Of a stretch of DNA of 64,000 bases, positions 56,043 through 64,000 are shown piece after piece. The notes under the pieces were generated by a model. That model searched no databases and was not told where the DNA came from. It saw only the letters and a program-made list of their open reading frames with translations. The stretch comes from Bugula neritina. Taxonomy: Eukaryota; Animalia; Bryozoa. The position numbers and the translations under genes are program-made. The DNA lies in NCBI GenBank assembly GCA_964035545.1, contig OZ037771.1:11784480-11848479 (forward strand), read 5' to 3'. The stretch's first letter is position 1, and every line of letters starts with the position of its first letter.

Positions 56043-58436
56043 ACCATGTAAAAGTCAGCCGATCAGCATTGTGTACCAGGTCAACACCCCACTATTATAG
56101 TTTATATAAAATTCTGCAAGTTCAGTTGCAAAATGCATGCTTCTAGAAAGCAGTTGTGCAACTTTTTTCAAGTGCATTACTTTATTTCATATCTTAAATT
56201 TATGATCTTTGATGTATTTTTCAAAACAATTAAATTGAGTGTGTATAAAATGCAATTAAAAATTGTATGTCTACAAAAATGACCTGGTACACTTTTGCAG
56301 CTGAAGGCCAGTTGTTACATAACTCTTAGCTTTATTTGTTCTCTATTATACTAGTATGAACTCTTGTTCTCCAATATGCCAGCTGGTAATGAGCCACCAG
56401 ATTTTGGTACAGAACTCTGATTAGCCGGGTTTTTGAATGGTTTTCTAATACATACATCTGATTGCCTGAATAGTGCACACTCCATCTACATTTACATGGT
56501 GCAAGCTACAGGGTAGTATTATACCAACTTTCTGTTTACTAATCTTTTGTTCACAATAGTAAATAGGCTATTCAGCAAAGATTTTATGGCATGTAAGCCA
56601 TGGGAACCATCAACCCTCTCTGCTGTATATATTTTAGCTTGTAATAGCAAGTCTACATCATAGTGTTACTACCAATATTCTCATATAAACTTATTCAATT
56701 TTCTTCAGATAATAAAATCCCTCCTTCACTCATAGAAAATAACAAGCAATCATTCAATGATTTAGCTTTGGTAAACTATCATGTACAGTTTTTAAATGCA
56801 TTTCTTTTAGACTACCCTATTCTCCAGCTTACCAATACCATAGCTTAAAAAATGTGTATTGCAGCTTATGCTAAGCCTGAGTTGGCCGTTTCTGAACCTA
56901 AAATACTGTTTGTCTCTTATATTTGGACAATAGGTTGAACTAATCATATTATATTTACTTGCAGGATTTAAAATGCAAGTTTAGCAACAACATAGGTTTT
57001 TCTTTCAATGAATTATAAACACATAAATTATTGGTGTAGAGAAATTGCAATTTATGCTGCTTATGATAACATAATGTTTTTACACGATCTAATCTCATAG
57101 CTTTAAAATATCGTAAGAAATTTTTCTATGAAAGTACTGGATTTCATCAGTTATAGAGAAAGTACTAGACTTCATCAGTTATAGAGGGTGGCTGCAGATT
57201 GCAGAGATCCCAGCAGACAATAGGACTTTCAAGAAATGCTAGCTGAAGGCTTTACCCAATACTTTACCATTCAAACAGAATGTAATGGGTGTCAACATGC
57301 ATTACATAATGTTGTGACTATGCATAGTAATCTGGCTGTATGAGACAAGGCTTTGTTCATGAATTTAAGCAAATACTTCTGACAAACAACTATTGCTTTA
57401 CTTAGTAGCTGGTTTAAACCCATGCAGCTATAACAACAATAATTTTAATGAATGTTGTGTTTAAGCAATGGGTATAAATCATTCTTACTTTAAACACTGA
57501 AGTATTATCGGGCAATGACTAGTAATGAGGTGGTCAATTTTGATAGACTTTAAAGACAAGTATAAATGAAGCTAATTTACTCCTAAAAAAAATTGCAACC
57601 AAAAAAGTTTATTCTTTACTGAGTATAGGATTGTCGCATGTTAAATTATAACCTTAACTAAATAAGTCAAGACAGCAAGTGAACTACTTTAGGTGATAGA
57701 TGAATACTCTATATAAAACATCTTTTCTAAATATGTAAACTGCTAAACCCTACAGATAAATAATAAATACATGTGGTTTAACTACTAATGTTTATTGAAA
57801 CAATTTCAAAGTTTAGTAGAAAGAACTATAATGGGACAGATGCATAAGCAATATTAGCAGCAGTGATGGTTGATTAAACCTCTTTAGTAGTTCCCATGGC
57901 TTACACGCCATAAAATCCTTGCTAAATAGCCTATTTACTATTATGAACAAAAGATTGATAAACAGAAAGATGGTATAATACTACCCTGTAGCTTGCACCA
58001 TGTAAAGGTAGACGGAGTGTACACTATTCAGGCAATCAGATGTATGTATTAGAAAACCATTCAAAAACCCGGCTAATCAGAGTTCTGTACCAAAAGCTGG
58101 CATATTGGAGAACAAGAGTTCATACTAGTATAATAGAGAACAAATAAAGCTAAGAGTTATGTAACAACTGGCCTTCAGCTGCAAAAGTGTACCAGGTCAT
58201 TTTTTTAGACATACAATTTTTAATTGCATTTTATACACACTTACTTTAGATGTTTTGAAAATACATCAGAGTGTCATAAATTTAAGATATGAAATAAAGT
58301 AATGCACTTAAAAAAAGTTGCACAACTACTTTCTAGAAGAATGCATTTTGCAACTGAACTTGCAGAATTTTATATAAGCTATATTAGTGGGGTGTTGACC
58401 TGGTACACTTTGCTGATCGGCTGACTTTTACATGGT
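56043..58436. repeat. Long inverted repeat, arms ~56043-56607 and ~57890-58436, spacer ~1.3 kb
   Basis: accatgtaaaagtcagccgatcagca at 56043 versus tgctgatcggctgacttttacatggt ending at 58436. Complementarity runs through to ccatgggaac/gttcccatgg. Confidence 0.92.
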
Positions 58437-61400
58437 CTAAGTAATTTTAGAGGTAATGGCTTTCATTATAGAGCTAATAACAGGCTCCAACCTTATAGAG
58501 ATACACAAAGGGCTACATAAGGACAACAACAACTACAATAAGTATAACATAGGACATGAAGTTTGAAGCAATTTTGCTGGCAATTCCCCAAAGAATTAAT
58601 ATTATATCTAACTAATGTAAACTTTAAACACATTTTTTCAACTTGCTGAAACTTCATACCAGCAAGAAATCTTTTTAACGAAGATAAATTGCATTTTGTA
58701 AAACTGTTTGATGTTGCTGTGCAGCTCTGGCTGAATTATAATGAAACATAGAGCAAGCCATTTATTTTGCAAAACTAATCATAAAGTACAGAATAAATCA
58801 TGAAAAGTTGTATAATTTTGTATTTTATATCAAAAAAAGTTTTCTTTAGTTAAATTAACATTTCAGTTGTGGAAAGAACAACTGTTATATTGTTTCTAAT
58901 AGTTTCACTTGAAGCTTTCCTGCAGTGTAGCAGTGTTTGTTCTATCTATTCAGTCAGTTACCTAATTATTTATTAGTTTGTAGGCTGTTCTATTTACTCT
59001 AGGCCCTAGGCTTTAAGAATGAAGAACTAGCACTATTTAGCACCATCTAGCAATTGTAACCTATTGATAGTCCAGGGTGCTTTACTTGCCATACTCTGGC
59101 TTGCAGATCGAAGGATTCAAATTGCTTTTTATGACTAGATACCTGTTACATTTTGCTCTTACAAGATAAATCAATTTTAAAATATTCTCAAAGTAAAAAC
59201 ATGTTTAATGGTAGCACCATACATTGTTGTTCAGTTTGTATCTCTACCTCAATATTTTGCATTATTTTGTTCTATCAATTTGTGAAAAGAGCTACTGAAA
59301 GAGCTGTTGATGAAACTTAAAACAAATTGAAACATTTACCCCATACTCAACTTGCTGGATTGCTCTCTATCATGGTAGGCTATCAACAAAGCAAGCCAAA
59401 ATTGCTTATTCTGAAGTTTAGCTCTTGTGAAAATTGGCAAGCTTTAGTTAATAACCTGTAATTATATAGCCAAGTTGTTTAATTAAGATTTAAAGTAGCA
59501 TTGTGTTACACACAATAGTTTCGGAAAATAATTGAAAGAAAAATTTAATAATATATTACTATAAAGTACCAGGAAAGTCTTGCTGATGTTCATAAAGCAT
59601 GCATTAAACATTCTGTATTTCAATGGAAGATGACTTACACATTGTAGAAGGAAAGTTGTCTACTTGTCTTAGTTTACAAGGCTATGTCGTAATGCTAGTA
59701 GTAGACTGATACCCAAACAAACAAAAAAGGAAAAAATCTGGTGCTTGTCATAAATATTATGTTAGATTTGTCTCTCTAGCATTAGGACAAAAAGAGAGAT
59801 GAACCAGTTGCATATATAGTGCGATTGTGCATAAACTGCTATCCTAGCTTACAAATTGTTGAGTGCCAATATTTGAATTGTCAATATATTTATGCCGGTA
59901 AGGCCAGTAAGAAAATGTAGTTTACCAGTACAAGATTAAATAAAAAGTACGTACAAGCAGTAACAGAGACGAGTTCTGAAACGTCTGCTCATGCAAACAA
60001 AATGCCCAATTGCTAAGAGTTGGGAGCAGTTTTGAAGCTTGTATATTATACCACTAATTGTTAACATTAAATCTATAAAAGTTACTGCTAAAGATTGAAA
60101 AAAAAATCAAGGCACATTCAGAAGCTTGCTAATATATTTCTTTTGAAGCTATTGCAATTAAAGAGTAATTTGTAGTGTAACTGCTGCATTTCTAGCCAAC
60201 AAAAAGTTTCAATAGCTTATAAAAGGCTAGACAACGTGGTTTTCAAATTTTGTTTTAGTACACGTAGCTTCAGGTTTTTTAAGAAGCACTATTTTATATA
60301 TTAGCAACTGTGAAAGATATAGTTAGGGGTTGCTCTTATTTGTGCTCCGTAAAGCATTTAAAAAAAGAACTCAGATATGGGTTTGAGAAGAAAGAGCATA
60401 TAATTAGTAGCCTTACATTCAGCTTTAACTCAATATATTTTACTGAAGCGTTGAGTTAATCGCTATAGACTTTAGAGCATATGAAAGTGTACTAGCCGAC
60501 TGTTTTGTGTGCACTATAGCAAAGAATCACAGTTCAAAGTACATTTTCAGATATAAATGATTGTGAAAAATATATTCTAATTGGTTTAATCTTATCATAT
60601 ATTACAAGTCTCTTTGTTATGTAAATTCAAATAGAATACTATAATTATTTTGAAATAAATATTAAAAAATTATCAGCCTATTGTGCATTAGTACTTCAAA
60701 TAATATTAGCAATGACAAAAATATTAGTAGGACATTTTGTTCTCATATGATGCATCATGAAGATGAAGTGCAGAAAATGTGCTAATATTCTTAAGATTAG
60801 TTTAAAGCAATGGTGTTCTGCGTGTTTTTTAATGATTGATTACAAACAGTGCTCTCAAATTGCTATCTATATAACTGTTCAAAGAATCACCTAGGCAGAC
60901 TTTTAAGAAATCTGCAAAATACTGTACCTATACGGTTGATTTAATGAAAGGAATAGCTAGTAAAACTTCAAAAATAAGCCTTTGAAGCAAATCGTTTAGC
61001 ATCTGGTAAATAGAAGTGCATACTTGGCCATTTTTTTAGTATAATACCTATATAGTGGTGCTATCTATCCAATTGTTTTTTATTAAAAGACTTTAGAACA
61101 TATAGCTAGTTTAGAAATTAGTTTTATCTTGCTTATTTGTCCGAATTATAGTAGGTATATGCATGGTAGCTAAATGAACTTAACACACATATTTTTTAAT
61201 ACAGGAAAATACTATAGATATTAGATATTACAGTATAAACTGGCTGCAATCAAATTGAGTAATTTTTAAAATAAAATATACATTATACGTTTCATTCATT
61301 CTTTAAGTATACAATATAGGCTTATAATAATTTGAGGCAACTTTTTTTTAATTAATTATATCTGTATTTTGTCAACTAACTGCTATTCTATTTTTGCTAT

Positions 61401-62032
61401 TACAATATTTTACTTCACTTGCTTATTGAATGACGTGCAATTTCTTTTTCAAAGTACTTGTTTTTACAGTTTAAAACTATATACACTTGGTTCAATTTAA
61501 TTGAACTTTTCCTGTTATATAAAAAAATATATATATACAACTTTCATTACCTAAACAAAATATAAGAATAAGCAAAACATCAACAAATGTAATGAGGATG
61601 ATACAGGGTGCACTTCGAATTATTAGACATGAAAATCCTTATTCGATTTTAAAAAGGAAATACATAACATAGGAAATTGAAGTGTAATTTTTTTTATTTT
61701 GAATGCATGGCTATATCAGTTCCTTACAGAGAGTAATGGCATAGTATGAATAAAAGTTGAAAAATAATTTTTTTTTAACTGAAATTGTTGGATAATTAAT
61801 TATAGCAGACAAAGTAGAACAAAACCAATTGAGTTTCTATACTTTGCATAGTACAAATGTAATATAGCTTTTATTACTCAAAAAGTAAAAATGAGAAGAC
61901 AATTTCAAAGTAAAAATAATATGATATATTCTGATAACAGAGGGGGCTCTGTTTATAGGCCCCCTATGGTATCGAAATATACCAAATGCATATAAGCCCC
62001 CTATGAGCAGCCCCCTATGAAACCACATTTAA

Positions 62033-62219
<187 letters not shown>

Positions 62220-64000
62220 TATATATATATTGATTTTGGGTTGCTGACAGGTTTTCAACTTTTTTATGATAGCACTAAGTGTACTCAAGCAAATAATTTC
62301 TAACAGCTACCAAGCTGGTAGAGTGGACAACTCTATACTCACTAAAAGTAACTCAATTTAAATTGTACGCAAGTTATGAAAACAAATTAGGGAGAATTGG
62401 CAAACGGGAACAAATGAAATAGTGCTTCTATATATAATAGCATTAAATATGTTTTACCGCAGTTTACCTGCAGTGAGTAGCAAAAAGAAGTCACACGTTT
62501 TGATTCACTTTATTTCACACAGTAATATCTTGTATTAATTATATTATTACTTATAGTGGTTATTGTATACAACCTAGCATCATTAAGTTATAGCAGGTTT
62601 TTAACAAAATATATTTTGACGTGGGTATAGAGAAGGGCTTTGAATTTAAACAAACCAGACGAAATTTTCCCATATATAAAGATTATAAATATATTTACAT
62701 TCATCATTATCAGTAATATCATTATAGCAGCTAGCTATGATATAAATCTCAGCTGTATGAATATTCTCAAGAATCAGAGTGCTCCTTCACAGCAGCATTT
62801 GGTAGACAAGTTTTCGATACAGTAGTTGACATGTTGAGTGTCTGCAGTGAGACTAGAAGTAGAAGTGTCTGGGTTTACTGGATGTTTATACTGTTCTGCA
62901 GAGTCTATACTATCATAAAAAGACTCCCAGTCAACATAGTGAGCATATGTTCTTGTTCATAATGATTAGTTGTTTTAAGAATCTTCTGTTTACAATGGTC
63001 AAGAACTATAACGTTGTACAAAGAAAACTAATTACAGACTCATTTACATAAGGGAACTTACTAAAAAATGGTCTCTGCATTGTTTACACTGTCTGTTTTA
63101 AATATTAGCAGATAATTTCCAGGTTTTACAGAATTTTGTACTCACACGGTGGACACGCAGACATGTTGGACAATCTAGACGTTGCTGAAAAAAAGAGAAA
63201 TAACATAAATTGTAAATAAAATTGGAAGTAAAATATATTATATGAAATTCACTATAATATTATTATTTAGGATATAAGACATTTTAATGGATAAATATTA
63301 TCTACTAGCATCTGATCATGTTTGAGCTACAATTTTCTATAGCATTAAAGCATGAATAGCTGCATGCTGTACATTAAATAGCTGCATGATTGGGAGATGG
63401 TAATAAAATTAGGTTTAGACTACAAACCTGCGTCAATTGGGTGATAGAGTACTAGATCACATGTTCAAGACTTGCTAGATAAGTGTTAGTTTTACACTGA
63501 GCAGCAATATTAAATGTAAACTGAAATGGAAACACTACCTTAATATATGACAGATGCTAAAATTGAAAAGACTTTATAATTTATGTCAAATTTTTATACT
63601 TTTACTAGCAAACTTCAGTTTTTTCATGCAATATTTTAATAGAATAAAAAAAATATTATAATAACGTATACCACTATACTTTTACTAAAGAAATTTTTTG
63701 AAAAATGTGCATTGTAAATAATAGGAATTTAAAACACTTGCTATTTCTTCGCTATATATGATACAAATATTATGTAAAAATACTTTCACTTATATATAAG
63801 TAGAAGTAATTATGACTCATTAATATTAACTTATATTTTATATCATTGCAGAAAACTTGACATTAAAGGATATTTCAGTGCATGTTTCTATAGGGTGACT
63901 GACGAACCTGATTATTTGCTATAATAAATATTTGTATATGGTGTAAATATTTTCTCCCCAATAATTTAACTATCCTATAACAGCAACCATATATATGTTA

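Noticed and set aside
57130-57186. 28-bp tandem duplication
   Set aside because: A simple two-copy local duplication with no further structure.
62700-63190. Minus-strand exon-like pieces near the window end
   Set aside because: Splice-like signals exist, but the frames examined contain stops and no family is recognisable.

Overview
AT-rich, intron-rich eukaryotic DNA, most likely from an invertebrate animal; the species cannot be determined from the sequence. Most ORFs in the track are translated (TA)n, hexamer or 24-bp repeats. The real content is as follows. (1) A 4-exon gene for a 101-aa secreted, cationic protein with a single thrombospondin type-1 repeat (4406-6260). (2) A 271-bp structured repeat carrying a type I hammerhead ribozyme, present as a tandem dimer (15573-16110) and as a third, inverted copy (47696-47937), always abutting (TA)n. 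This is the architecture of a non-LTR retrozyme or Penelope-derived self-cleaving RNA that could yield a 271-nt (circular) RNA. (3) Three tandem paralogues of a six-coding-exon class I SAM-dependent methyltransferase. Copy A has only intact exons, but exons 2-3 lie on the opposite strand because of a ~5.05-kb inversion with 5-bp microhomology breakpoints. Copy B has one premature stop, and copy C is decayed. (4) A shattered RTE LINE nested in a hAT-like element, a gag-only LTR element and a related solo LTR. (5) A ~1.8-kb local duplication, a 5.5-kb 24-bp minisatellite with higher-order structure inside a candidate 14-kb TIR-bounded element, and a ~570-bp inverted repeat.
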